Shown here: piece after piece, positions 36,991 through 49,965 of the stretch
Numbering within the stretch: the stretch's first letter is position 1
Layout of the letters: each line of letters opens with the position of its first letter
Source of the DNA: Octopus sinensis
Lineage: Eukaryota
Assembly: GCF_006345805.1 (NCBI RefSeq)
Contig: NC_043010.1
Span: forward strand, 26,412,001 to 26,476,000
DNA length: 64,000 nt
Direction of reading: 5' to 3'
The notes under the pieces: generated by a model
The model's input: the letters and a program-made list of their open reading frames with translations, nothing else
Database searches by the model: none
What the model was told of the DNA's origin: nothing
Made by a program: the position numbers and the translations under genes

Positions 36991-38562
36991 TGTATATATG
37001 CATTTAGGATCAAGTGACTTTAGGATCAGGACTAAGAAGTGACTTTAGGATCAGGACTAAGAGGGCGACTAGAAGACGACCAACATGGAGAAGAAGGGTC
37101 TGGAAGCTTAAAGACCCTGCGAATGGACAGAGATTTAGAGATATGTTACTTGAAGCCTTTGACGAAGTGGAAGGGGGTATAGCTACACATGGGGTAGAAG
37201 ACAACTGGACGTTTCTGAGGGACAACCTGCTGAAAGCCGCTGACCAGATCTGTGGCTGGTGCAAAGTCCCCTTAAGACCCAAAATAACATGGTGGTGGAA
37301 CAATATTGTTGATAGGGCTATTAGACAAAAGAAACAGGCTTGGAAGGCCTGGAAGAACGGTGGTAGCAGGGAAGTGTATCAGACTGCCAGAAGGGAAGCC
37401 AGGAGACAGGTCTATCTAGCCAGAGGGGAAGCAGATAAAAGAAAATTTGCCAATGTCCTGCGCCGTGAGGATGAAAGACTTGAGGTATTTCGTGTTGCAA
37501 GACAGTGTGTGAGAGAGAATCGAGATGTGGTAGGAGAGAAATGTGTTCGCATGGAGGATGGTTCACTTGTGCTAAATGAGGATGCAAAGAGAGAAGCTTG
37601 GAGACGCCACTATGAAAGGTTGCTGAATGAGGAAAATGAATGGGATAAAGAGAGTCTGCCGAATGTTGACCCAACAGAGGGACCAGCTATCCGAGTTGAT
37701 AGTTCCGTGGTAGCTAAGGCAATTAGAAGCATGAAGACAGGAAAGCCCCAGGCCCATCAGGAATTACTGCAGAGATGCTCAAAATATCTGGTAGTGTCGG
37801 CTATAGCATAGTCACCCGTATAGTTAACCAGGTGATACACGAAGGAGTCATACCCAATGACTGGTGTAGCAGCATAATAGTCAACTGCTACAAAGGTAAA
37901 GGCGATGCCCTAGATACAAATAACTACAGGGGCATCAAGCTGTTGGATCAGGTAATGAAGGTTACGGAGAGGGTTATAGCCCAGTTAATTAGAGAGAGAG
38001 TTAGCTTAGATGATATGCAGTTTGGGTTCGTGCCAGGGAAAAGTACTACTGATGCTATATTCCTGGTAAGACAGCTGCAGGAGAAATACCTAGCCAAAGA
38101 TAAGCCCTTGTACCTGTCTTTTGTTGACTTAGAGAAAGCCTTTGACAGGGTCCCCCGATCCCTTATCTGGTGGTCAATGAGGAAACTAGGGATAGATGAA
38201 TGGTTAGTGAGAGCTGTGCGAGCCATGTACAGAGATGCAGCTAGTAAGGTGAGGGTTGGCAACGAGTACAGTGAAGAATTCCGGGTAGAGGTTGGGGTCC
38301 ACCAAGGTTCAGTCCTCAGCTCCCTCCTATTATCATAGTCCTCCAGGCAATAACGGAAGAATTTAAGACAGGATGCCCCTGGGAGCTCCTATATGCTGAT
38401 GACCTTGCTCTAATTGCTGAGTCACTATCAGAACTGGAGGAGAAGTTTCAGGTGTGGAAACAAGGATTAGAATCGAAGGGCCTTAGAATCAACCTAGCCA
38501 AAACCAAAGTCCTAATAAGTAGGAAGGTGGACCAACCACAAACGACTTCAGGTAGATGGCCC

Positions 38563-38696
38563 TGCTCGATCTGTAAAAAAGGTGTAGGTAGAGAAACTCT
38601 ATAAGGTGCACCAAGTGTAAGCTATGGACACATAAGAGGTGCAGCAATGTCAAAGGAAGGCTAACTAAGAAAATAGTTTTTGTCTGTGGCAGATGC
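38563..38696 (+). other. PHD-type (C4HC3) finger inside the RTE ORF
   Basis: CSIC..CTKC....H..C..CGRC after correcting a 2-nt frameshift at ~38590. Confidence 0.75.
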
Positions 38697-39331
38697 TCAA
38701 GAGAAATAAACACTGGAAATGTGCAGAGACCAACTTCTACCACGTTCCAGGGAGACAAACTAGAAGTAGTTGATAGCTTCCGCTACCTAGGAGACCAAGT
38801 CAGTAGCGGGGGTGGGTGTGCTGAAAGTGTAACTGCTAGAGTAAGAATAGCCTGGGCAAAGTTTAGAGAGCTCTTACCCCTGCTGGTGACAAAAGGCCTC
38901 TCGCTAAGAGTAAAAGGCAGACTATATGACGCGTGTGTACGTACAGCCATGCTACATGGTAGTGAAACATGGGCCGTGACAGCTGAGGATATGCGTAAGC
39001 TTGCAAGAAATGAAGCCAGTATGCTCCGATGGATGTGTAATGTCAGTGTTCATAATCGTCAGAGTGTAAGTACTTTGAGAGAAAAGTTGAACCTAAGAAG
39101 AATCAGTTGTGGTGTGCAAGAGAGACGGCTGCGCTGGTATGGTCATGTGACGAGAATGGCTGAAGATAGTTGTGTGCAAAAGTGCTACACCCTAGCAGTT
39201 GAGGGAACCTGTGGAAGAGGTAGACCCAGGAAAACCTGGGACGAGGTGGTGAAGCACGACCTTCGAACTTTAGGTCTCACCAAGGAAATGACTGAAGACC
39301 GAGTCCTATGGAAGTGTGCTGTGCATGAGAG

Positions 39332-41640
39332 GACCCGGCAGGACTAGTCAGGCCATATCCCGTGGCCCCTACCTGGGACGTAGTCGATCCACCTGTGCAT
39401 ACCTTCCTTCTTGTGACACTTGTGAAGACCTGCTGAGGCAAGTGAAAATCAATCAAAATAGATGAACATCAATGGAATTTGTATCTTTGTGGTACCAGTG
39501 CCTGTGGCACACAAGAAAACCATCCGAACGTGGCCGTAGCCAGTACCGCGTCGACTCGCCTCCGTGATGTGGGGACATGGTGGCACATAAAAACACCATC
39601 CGAAGACCCGGCAAGACTAGTCAGGTCATAACCCGTGGGCCCTACCTGGGACGTAGTCAGTCCACCTGTACATACCTTCCTTCTTGCGACACTTGTGAAG
39701 ACCTGTTGAGGCAAGTGAAAATCAAAACAAATCAAAATAGATGAACATCAATGGAATTTGTATCTTTGTGGTACCAGTGCCGGTGGCACACAAGAATCCA
39801 TCCGAACGTGGCCGTAGTCAGTACCGCTTGTGGTACCAGTGCCGGTGGCACACAAGAATCCATCCGAACGTGGCCGTAGTCAGTACCGCATCACTGGCCA
39901 TCGTGCTGTGGGCACATAACAAACACCATCCGGTCGTGGCCGTTCACCAGCCTCATCTAGCACCTGTGTCGGTGGCACATAAAAAGTAGTCAGTACCGCT
40001 TGTGGTACCAGTGCCGGTGGCACACAAGAATCCATCCGAACATGGCCGTAGTCAGTACCGCATCACTGGGCACATAACAAACACCATCCGGTCGTGGCCG
40101 TTCGCCAGCCTCATCTAGCACCTGTGTCGGTGGCACATAAAAACACCATCCGAAGACCCGGCAAGACTAGTCAGGCCATAAACCATGGCCCCTACCTGGG
40201 ACGTAGTCAGTCCACCTGTGCATACCTTCCTCCTTGTGATACTTGTGAAGGCCTGTTGAGGCAAGTGAAAATCAAAATCAAAATCAAATCAAAACAAATC
40301 AAAATAGATGAACATCAATGGAATTTGTATCTTTGTGGTACCAGTGCCGGTGGCACACAAGAGAAAACCATCCGAAAGTGGCCGTAGCCAGTACCGCATC
40401 GACTGGCCTCCGTGCTGTGGGCACATGACAAACACCACCCGATCGTGGCCGTTCGCCAGCCTCATCTAGCACCTGTGTCGGTGGCACATAAAAACACCAT
40501 CCGAAGACCCGGCAAGACTAGTCAGGCCATAACCCATGGCCCCTACCTGGGACGTAGTCAGTCCACCTGTGCATACCTTCCTTCTTGTGACACTTGTGAA
40601 GACCTGTTGAGCAAGTGAAGTGAAAATCAAAATCAAAATCAAAATCAAAACAAATCAAAATAGATGAACATCAATGGAATCTGTATCTTTGTGGTACCAG
40701 TGCCGGTGGCACACACTTTGTGGTACCAGTGCCGGTGGCACACAAGAGAAGCATCCGAACGTGGCCGTAGCCAGTTCCGCATCGACCGGCCTCCGTGCTG
40801 TGGGCACGTAACAAACACCATCCGATTATGGCCGTTCGCCAGCCTCATCTGGCACCTGTGTTGGTGGCACATAAAAACACCTTCCGAAGACCCGGCAAGA
40901 CTAGTCAGTCCACCTGTGCATACCTTCCTCTTGTAACACCTCTGAAGACCGGTTGAGGCAAGTGAAAATCAAATCAAATCAAATCAAATCAAAATAGACA
41001 AAATAGATGAACATCAATGGAATTTGTATCTTGTGGTACCAGTGCCTGTGGCACACAAGAAATCCATCAGTGCTGTAGTCAGTGCGGTGGGCACATGACA
41101 AACCCCATCCGATCGTGGCCGTTCGCCAGCCTCATCTAGCACCTGTGTCGGTGGCACATAAAAACACCATCCGAAGACCCGGCAAGACTAGTCAGGCCAT
41201 AACCCATGGCCCCTACCTGGGACGTAGTCAGTCCACCTGTGCATACCTTCCTTCTTGTGACACTTGTGAAGACCTGTTGAGGCAAGTGAAAATCAAATCA
41301 AAACAAATCAAAATAGATGAACATCCATGGAATTTGTATCCTTGTGGTACCAGTGCCGGTGGCACGTGGCACACAAGAAAACCATCTGAACGTGGCCGTA
41401 GCCAGTACCGCATCGACTGGCCTCCGTGCTGTGGGCACGTAACAAGCACCATCCGATCGTGGCCGTTTTGCCAGCCTCATCTGGCACCTGTGTCGGTGGC
41501 ACATAAAAACACCATCCGAGCGTGGCCGTCTGCCAGCCTCGTCTGGCACCTGTGTCGGTGGCACATAAAAAACACCATCCGAGCGTGGCCGTTTGCCAGC
41601 CTCGTCTGGCACCTGTGTCGGTGGCACATAAAATCACCCA
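39332..41640 (+). repeat. Tandem array of six LINE 3'-UTR units
   Basis: gacccggca(a/g)gactagtcag starts at 39332, 39605, 40155, 40506, 40889, 41176. Confidence 0.93.
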
Positions 41641-41859
41641 CTACACTCTCGGAGTGGTTGGCGTTAGGAAGGGCATCCAGCTGTAGAAACACTGCCAGAT
41701 CTGACTGGACTGGTGCAGCTTTCGGGCTCCCCAGACCCCAGTTGAACCGTCCAACCCATGCTAGCATGGAAAGCGGACGTTAAATGATGATGATGATGAT
41801 GATGATATATATACACACATACATATAGATAGATAGATAGATAGATATAGATATGTATG

Positions 41860-41899
<40 letters not shown>

Positions 41900-41953
41900 A
41901 GAAATTAAAAAAGGAAAATACGCACACTTACATGGTTTTAATATAATTTTTAA

Positions 41954-41990
41954 TATATCGACCGGTTTCGCTATTGCTATTCATGATATA
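41954..41990 (-). ncRNA. Minimal type-I hammerhead ribozyme motif, A3-U8 core variant
   Basis: UAUAUC-AUGAAUA-GC(AAUA)GC-GAAA-CCGG-UC/GAUAUA; 6-bp stem I, palindromic ACCGGU, GUC triplet; ~170 nt downstream of a PLE RT fragment. Confidence 0.75.
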
Positions 41991-42160
41991 ATGTTTAATT
42001 TATATGAATATATATTTTTTCTTAAGAAGGAATTTGGTTCATGTTGTTTGTGATGAAATTCATGAGTGAATGACTTTATAAGTAGACAAATAAAGGGCGG
42101 TAATTGGTTGTTATTATTGTTATTGTTGTGTGTAAGGGAGATAACTTCATATAAGGTGAA

Positions 42161-42567
42161 TTAAAAATAACCCATTATTAGGTTCGCAAGAACAGGAGCT
42201 GCTTTCGTCCCCATCGCAATTCTGCGTTTCTGACAATAGCATGTGTCATCAAATAGGAAATAATTGTTCTGAAGTATAAATTTTAAGGATTCAATAATAA
42301 AGATCTGGTTTATGCGTTCCGGGAGGAATTCAGGGTACTTTTCTAACCAGAATTTTATTGCTTTTATTCCATAGTCATGGGGGATGTTGGTGTAAAGATT
42401 GATAACATTGAGGGTGACCAATACTGCTTCTTCATTAATCGTTTTTGCTAGGTGTCCTAGCATGTCTAAATCATCCCTAATGAAGCTTTTGATGTATTTC
42501 AGCAAGGGTTTCAGTAGGATGTCTAGAAAATTGCTCAGTTGGTGGGTTTCACAGGCTGGCCCAGCTA
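42161..42567 (-). pseudogene. Penelope-like element reverse transcriptase fragment
   Basis: VAGPACETHQLSNFLDILLKP..LVTLNVINLYTNIPH..ILQNNYFLF..Y.Q...AMGTKAAPVLANLIMGYF. Confidence 0.92.
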
Positions 42568-42574
42568 CATATAT

Positions 42575-42628
<54 letters not shown>

Positions 42629-43182
42629 TAGTTGAGTTAGAGGTTAATATAACTGTCTAAGGGATAAAAGTATCCAAAATACTACCGGTATATTACCTAT
42701 ATTTAAATGTGGGCAAAAATGTTATATTCATAAATTATAAAGACAAGGATAAGCAGGAGTTCAACAGGAATCAAAATTTAAAGAAAACAGAAAATGGAGA
42801 TAACATTGATGAAAACAATTGATTTGCATCAAATATTATTTATTAATTATTTACAGAAAGAATGCATCCCATCTAACAATAAAATGTAAAGATTAAGTAA
42901 ATTGCAAAAATAATAATAAAAACGTATATAATAGGTTTTATATGTTTTTATTATTATTTTTGCAATTTATTTAATCTTTACATTTTATTGTTATTTTAAT
43001 TCTAACTTTTCTATTATATGTAATTTTCTAGATGGTGTAATTTAATTGTTCATTTTGAATTGATAAAAGGTGGGGCTTTTTTCTAATTTTTCATATATAT
43101 ATTATATTGTGTGAAATTTGATTTAGTATTTCTAAATTGAATTTTTTCCTTGTAAGTTTGGATTTTATTCCCTCAAATGATA

Positions 43183-43184
<2 letters not shown>

Positions 43185-43264
<80 letters not shown>

Positions 43265-43550
43265 TATGTATATGTGTATATGTATATTTATATATGTATA
43301 TGTATATTATATATATATATATATATGTGTGTATATGTATATGTATATATGTATATGTGTATATATGTATATGTATATATATGTGTATATGTATATATAT
43401 GTGTATATGTATATATATGTGTATATGTATATATATATGTGTATATGTATATATATATGTGTATATATATATGTATATGTATGTATATATATATGTATAT
43501 GTATGTATATATATATATATATGTATATGTATATGTATATATATATATAA
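43185..43550. repeat. (TA)n/(TATG)n microsatellite
   Basis: Direct reading. Confidence 0.95.
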
Positions 43551-43930
43551 TAGGCGTAGGAGTGGCTGTGTGGTAAGTAGCTTGCTAACCAACCACATGG
43601 TTCCGGGTTCAGTCCCACTGCATGGCATCTTGGGCGAGTGTCTTCTGCTATAGCCTCGGGCCAACCAATGCCTTGTGAGTGGATTTGGTAGACGGAAACT
43701 GTCGTATATATGTATATGTATATATATGTGTGTGTATGTGTTTGTCCCCCTAGCATTGCTTGACAACCGATGTTGGTGTGTTTACGTCCCCGTCACTTAG
43801 CAGTTCGGCAAAAGAGACCGATAGAATAAGTACTGGGCTTACAAAAAATAAGTCCCAGGGTCGATTTGCTCGACTAAAGGTGGTGCTCCAGCATGGCTGC
43901 AGTCAAATGACTGAAACATATAAAAGAGTA
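43550..43930 (+). mobile_element. SINE family S2, near full length
   Basis: Head gtggtaagtagcttgc, gggttcagtccc B-box, core, tail ggctgcagtcaaatgactgaaac. Confidence 0.9.
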
Positions 43931-44061
43931 AAAGAGTATATATATATATATATAATATAGTAAATCCCCAAAAAATTAAGAACAAGCACAAAGACTACAA
44001 CAATGCAAGGATGTGGTACATGTAAAGTATTAGCAGACACTCAGAGAAGGAAAGAAAGCTG

Positions 44062-44096
44062 GTTTAACCGTTTGAGCAAAGATCTTCTTCAGAAAC
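44062..44096 (-). ncRNA. Degenerate hammerhead-like motif (same pLTR family as 10947)
   Basis: GUUU-CUGAAGA-A-GAUC(UUU)GCUC-AAA-CGG-UU/AAAC; G12 lost; downstream flank homologous to 10982-11060. Confidence 0.5.
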
Positions 44097-44366
44097 AGAG
44101 GGATGTCTAAATATATATATGTATGTATGCATGTGTATCTTGTGTGTATGCATTTGTTCCTTCAACAGCACTTGAAAACCAATGTTTGTTTGTTTATGTC
44201 CTTGTACTTAGTAGTTGGCAAAAGTGACAGACAGAATAAATGCCAGGCTTAAAAATAACAAATTCTGGGATTGACATGCTTGACCCTAACCCTATGAGGC
44301 AGTCCAGCATGGTTGCAGTCCAATGACTGAAACAAGTAAAAGAAAAACATAGACCATATATATATA

Positions 44367-44566
44367 CAGGGGCGGGGCCATTGAAGAGTCCCTCGTTTTA
44401 AGGGTATCGCGAACCTTCTGAGTTCTTTTTATAGGGTTTAGAAAAACTGAAGGACCGCTGCAATAAGTATGTGGATCTGAGAGGGGAATATGCTGAATAA
44501 AAACCATAAGTAACTGATCCTCTTGTGTTTTCTTTTATCCAGAGCCAGGGACTTTTCATCACCCAC

Positions 44567-44569
<3 letters not shown>
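44367..44569 (+). mobile_element. Miniature mariner derivative
   Basis: TIR-like ends; internal FYRGLEKLKDRCNKYVDLRGEYAE* resembles a mariner C-terminus. Confidence 0.65.
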
Positions 44570-44614
<45 letters not shown>

Positions 44615-45117
44615 CATATACAGGCAAGGTTGTGTGGTTTAGAATTGCCTTTCCCAACCATGAAGTTTCAAATGGCACCTTGAGCAGATATCTTTTATTG
44701 CCCTGGGGCCAACCAAAGCTTTGTGAGTGGTTACCATTGGCTGAAAGTGAAAGTAGCCCACTGTATTCATTATAGATGATATGTTCATGTGAATGTTTTG
44801 TTTTCTATGTTTTTGTTTTGATGTTGCATAATTGTTTGTAAACAAATTTCACAGTCATAAAAATTGTGTCTCTTCCTTCTAATCTTCTGTGAAAATGTGT
44901 CCAGCTTTGGGGGAAATATAACCTTGCTTGCAAATGGGTAAGGGTTGGCAACAGGAAGGGCATCTGGCTGTAGAATATTTGCCACAACAAATTCCACATG
45001 ACATCTGCAAGCACAGAAAAAGTGAACATTAAAATGAAGGTTGATGTGTTTTTTAGTATATACACACACACACGCACACACACAGACATGCATACAAACA
45101 TACATACATCACACACA

Positions 45118-45201
<84 letters not shown>

Positions 45202-45219
45202 TATTAATCACTACCTGAC

Positions 45220-46370
45220 CTAGAGAAGAAATTTCAGGTGTGGAAACAGGGCCTGAAATCTAAGGGCTTTAGAGTTAATTTGGCAAGAGCCAAAGTCATA
45301 GCAAGTAGGAGAACAGACAAATCACAAGCCCCTTCTGGGAGACGGCGCTGGTCAGTATGTAAGAAGTGTGTTGGTAGAAAATCCATATGTTGTACACAGC
45401 GCAAGCTTTGGACACATAAGAGGTGTAGCAGCATCACAGGAAGGTTAACAGAGTGTGTGGCAAATGTACAGGTATGATAAGCACTAAAAATGCACAGACA
45501 ATAGACTCCCTTAAATACTCAGAGGGGATTATTAAAAACACTAAATAGCTTCTGTTGCCTAGGAGACCAAGTTAGCAGGAGTGAAAGAAGTTCTGAAAGT
45601 GTAGATGCTATAATAAGAACAGGCTGGGAAAAGCTCAGAGAGCTTCTATTTATGTTGTTAACTAAGGGCCTCTCAGAGTGAAATGCAGATGGTATGATGC
45701 CTTTGTACATACAGCTATGTTACAGTGAAACATGGACTTTGACTGTGGAGGACTTGTGAAGGTTTGAAAGAAATGAAGCTAGTATGTTCCATTGGATGAG
45801 TAATGTCAGTGTAAATGATTTAAGAGGAAAGCTGAGTATACGAAGCATCAGATGTTGTGTGCAAGAGAGAAGACTGCGCTAGTTTGGTCATGTGAGGCAT
45901 ATGAATGAGGACAACTGCTTAAAGATGTGTTGAGCTCTAATTGTGGAGGGTACCTGTGGAAGGGGTAGACTCAGGAAAACGTGTGATGAAGTGGTGAGGA
46001 GAAGGGTTCTTTGGATGCTGGACCTCACTGAGGAAATGACAAGGGACCAAGAGATGTGGTGATTTGCTGTACTTGATGAGATGTGTCAAGCTGAGTAAAA
46101 TCGCTGTCTTCCACATATACAGGCTTGTCCTTTCAGGTGCCAGTGCCACATAAAAACCATTCATGCCAGTGCTGCATAAATGCACCCATGCTGGTGGCAC
46201 ATAAAGGGCACCCAGCCCACTCTGCTAAGTGGTTGGCATGAGGACAGGCATCCAGTCATAGAAACCATGGTACAACAAACAGCTGTAGTTTGGACAGCTC
46301 CCAGCTGGCCAGCTCCATGTCAAACCGTCCAAACCATGCCAATATGGAAAGTGGACATTAAATGATGATT
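45220..46370 (+). mobile_element. Degenerate RTE LINE 3' part with tail
   Basis: [33 protein letters not shown]; later gaaggggtagactcaggaaaacgtg; shared tail. Confidence 0.85.
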
Positions 46371-46444
46371 ATATATATATATATATAGCTCAACTAGGAA
46401 TTTCACACACATAGAAACAACACACAAGATCAATCCTTAAGTAA

Positions 46445-47110
46445 CAGTTTCAAATTTTGGCACAAGGCCAACAATTTCGTGGGAGGAGTAAAGTTGATCA
46501 CGTCAACCCCAGTGTTCAACCCCAAAAGGATGAAAGGCAAAGTTGACCTGGGTGAAACTGGAACTCAGAGCATAAAGACGGACGAAATGTCACTAAGTAG
46601 TTTGCCCAGCACGGTAACGATCCTGCCTGCTTGCTGACTTAATCAATCACTAAATATTCTTTTTTTTTTTTTCTACTCTAGGCACAAGGCCCGAAATTTT
46701 TGGGAAGGGGGCCAGTTGATTAGATCAACCTTAGTACTCAACTGGTACTTAATTTATCGATCCCGAAAGGATAAAAGGCAAAGTCGACCATGTATAATTT
46801 GAACTCAGAACATAAAGACAGACAAAATACCGCTAAGCATTTCGCCTAGCATGCTAAGGTTTCTGCCAGCTTGCTGCCTTAATCGATCACTAAATATTCA
46901 TTTCTACTCTAGGCACAAGGCTCGGAATTTTGGGGGAAGGGGCCAGTCAATTAGATCGACCCCAGTATGCGACTGGTACTTAATTTATCGACCCTAAAAG
47001 GATGAAACGTAAAGTCGACCTCGGCAGAATTTGAACTCAGAATGTATAGACAAATGAAATACCACTAAGCATTTTGCCCGGTGTGCTAACGTTTCTGCCA
47101 GCTTGACACC
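46445..47110 (-). mobile_element. Three tandem S1 SINE copies
   Basis: Three cores separated by aatcactaaatatt spacers. Confidence 0.85.
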
Positions 47111-47269
47111 TTAATTAATCACTAAATATTACCTGATCAATTATGTGTGTTCTACAAGTGTTAAATCCTGAGTAGCTATAGATTTAAATCCTCAAATGTT
47201 TCCTTGTAAATGTGAGTTCTGCATTCCATGTTGCATATGCACTTCCTTTACTTTCAAACACACTCACGC

Positions 47270-48480
47270 ACCCACATGCACACACATATGCACATAGGGG
47301 TATATGCATGTGTTTTGGGTGCATAAGTATTTTGTATATGTTGTTTGTGTGTGTTTGTGGTTCTGCTTGTATGTCTTTGTGTGTTTGTGTGTTTCTGTAT
47401 GATTAGTTCTTTTCTATCTTCAGTGTGTGTGTGTATTTTTATGTGTGTGTGTATTTTTATGTGTGTGTGTATTTTTATGTGTGTGTGTATTTTTATGTGT
47501 GTGTGTATTTTTATGTGTGTGTGTATATGTCTATCTCTGTTGTTATGTGTTTGTTTGTGTGCATATATGCACAGGCTAGCCTGCAGATAAATGCATGTGT
47601 TTGTGTGTATGTGTGTATACATATGTATATGGGTGTGTATGTGTATGCTTTTGTGAATGTATGTATGTGTATCTGTGTGTGTGTATGCATACATATGTGT
47701 GCATTTGTTTGTGTATATATACAGAAGTATGTGTACATATATGTGTGTTTGTGTGTATGTGAGAGAAAGAGAGGAGAAAAAATATAGCATTAGTGCTTTT
47801 TGTATATGCATTTCAACTGAACAGTGTCTGACACACACACACACACACACAAAACACACGCACACATACATATAAACTTGTGCTCAAAGCCAATACACAC
47901 GCACATTTGCACACATGCATATAAACGCATGCACACACACGCACACACCCCTATACCCAAAGTCAATACACACACACATCCGCACACCCACGCCTAAACT
48001 CACCCCCAACCCCACCCCACACAGCCTCGCCCTCACTCTCACCACTCCCACTTCATCGCCTGTACACAATCAGATTACAAACAGGATGTTCAACCAACTC
48101 CCTTCTATCACATCACTTCTGGCATCTCTGGCAAGCTGGAATATTTCCTTTATTCCCACCTGCCACCACCACCTCCACAACCACCACCAACAACAACAAC
48201 AGCAACAACGTTACTAATGCAACCTACAAAACCACTAACTTAATCACCAATTCCACCACCACCACCACCACCACCAACATGACCAACAACAACAACAACA
48301 ACAATAATAATAAAAGCAACCACCTGCCACTACTAATAGAACTATCAACACAACCACCTCAAACACTACTACTACTACTACTACTACTACTACCACTACT
48401 AGTACTACCACTACCACCACCACCACTACTACTATTACCACTACTACCACCACCACCACCACTACTACTACCCCAATTCC
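47270..48480. repeat. GT-rich low complexity including an 18-bp minisatellite (~47423-47520) and (CAC/CAA/CTA)n
   Basis: Direct reading. Confidence 0.9.
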
Positions 48481-49179
48481 AACCTTGAATACATCCACCT
48501 GAAGAACACCTTTAAGACAGCAAACTGACAGATTCGTTAGGATGCAGGGTAAGGTGCTTAGCAGCATCTCATCCCTCTTTTTTGCTCTGAATTCAAATTC
48601 CACTGAGGTCAACTATGCTTTTCATCCCTTTCGGGGTCAATAAAACATAGGAACCAGTTAATCACCAGGGGTGGGGGTGGGGGTTGATGTAATCAACTTA
48701 CACACACACATCCACCTTGAAATTGCTGGCCTTGTGCCAAAAACTGAAACTGATGTAGTTCTAGGCCAGCCAGAGCTTTCTGTGAGGATTTGGTAGACGG
48801 TGACCAAAAGAAACCCATTGTGAGTGTAACTTGTCCCGACATCATGTAATCATTGTAAACAAGCACCACTGTCTTACAAGCGGCATCGTTCATCTCCAGT
48901 CTTCCATGGAAATCATGTCAGGTCACAAGGAGGAAAAGGAGACATTAAAACGATGATGAAGAGGATGGTCTGCACACTTTAATGGAGCCGCTAAACTGTC
49001 TTTTATCTTTTCAATTCTTTTGCTTGTTTTGGTCATTAGACCTTCGCCATGCTGGGATATAGCCCGGAAGGGTTATAGTAATTGTATGAATGCAAAGTTG
49101 AGGATTTTAGTGATGGGGGCAAAAATATACTTCCAAAGTTACCCGTTATATTACAGGTAACAATCTAATAATAAGAAGA

Positions 49180-49535
49180 ACACTCAGAGAGTACAAACCT
49201 CTGCCAAGACAACCCTAACGTCTTCTCAATGATTAGCCAGAGATGATTTTTAAAATGAGAAGATCTGAAATAAACAATCACAGACGAGAGTACTAAAAAT
49301 GAACCAGCCTACTCTCAAATTAAGTAAAATTACAGGAAAAATAATCCAGAATCCTTGTCCAGTACCAGATCAATTCCAAAATCTAATCAGTTCATGAGGT
49401 CGTGAGGCCAGATATCCCTGAAAGTTTCATTCAAATCCATCCAGCAGTTCTTGAGATATCTTGTCCACGGATAAACAAACCAACAAACATGACTGAAAAC
49501 AATACCTCCACCTTCACTAAGGCGGAGGTAATAAT
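49180..49535 (-). mobile_element. Helentron-associated non-autonomous element
   Basis: Terminal hairpin acctccaccttcactaaggcggaggt; homologous to 8700-8960. Confidence 0.65.
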
Positions 49536-49926
49536 AATAATTGAGAAAGAAAGTAAACAATGCTGGATCATAGATATAGCATGTCCAGCTGACAACAAGG
49601 TATGCAATAAGGAAGAAGGAATAGTTGACAGATATGACAGGTTAGTTTGAGAGGTTAAGCAGTTGTGGTCGATGGAAAAGGTGGTAGTAGTACCAATAAT
49701 TTTCGGAGCCTTGGGAACAGTGAGCAAAAATCTCGAGAAGTGCGTGGAACAAATAGGGGCTGCAATATGAGTAGAGCACTTGCAGAAAACAGCACTGCTT
49801 GGAACCACTCGAATACTCTGGATGGTGCTTGAAAAATAAGGGGTGTTACCTTTGTTCACTGATAGTAAACAGCTGGCACCATAGTACATCTCCAGCATTA
49901 GAAACTGTGCAAAGACAATAGATAAA

Positions 49927-49963
<37 letters not shown>

Positions 49964-49965
49964 GT
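49535..49965 (+). mobile_element. R4/Dong-like LINE 3' end
   Basis: CWIIDIACPADNKV..VVVPIIFGALGTVSKNLEK..LQKTALLGT; (AAT)n tail. Confidence 0.85.

Larger units (their letters stand above)
37003..41806 (+). mobile_element. 5'-truncated RTE-clade LINE with amplified 3' UTR and (TGA)n tail
   Basis: ORF segments 37014-37811, 37775-38338, ~38330-38605, ~38587-39347: WWWN, NYRGIKLL, QFGF, FVDLEKAFDRV, GVHQGSVLS, LLYADD, YLG, AMLHGSETW, GRGRPRKTW; tail ccaacccatgctagcatggaaagcggacgttaaa(tga)n. Confidence 0.95.

Noticed and set aside
39700-39730. CTGTTGAGGCAAGTGAAA in each LINE 3'-UTR unit as a hammerhead
   Set aside because: No stem I or stem III; the sequence instead pairs as CACTTG/CAAGTG.
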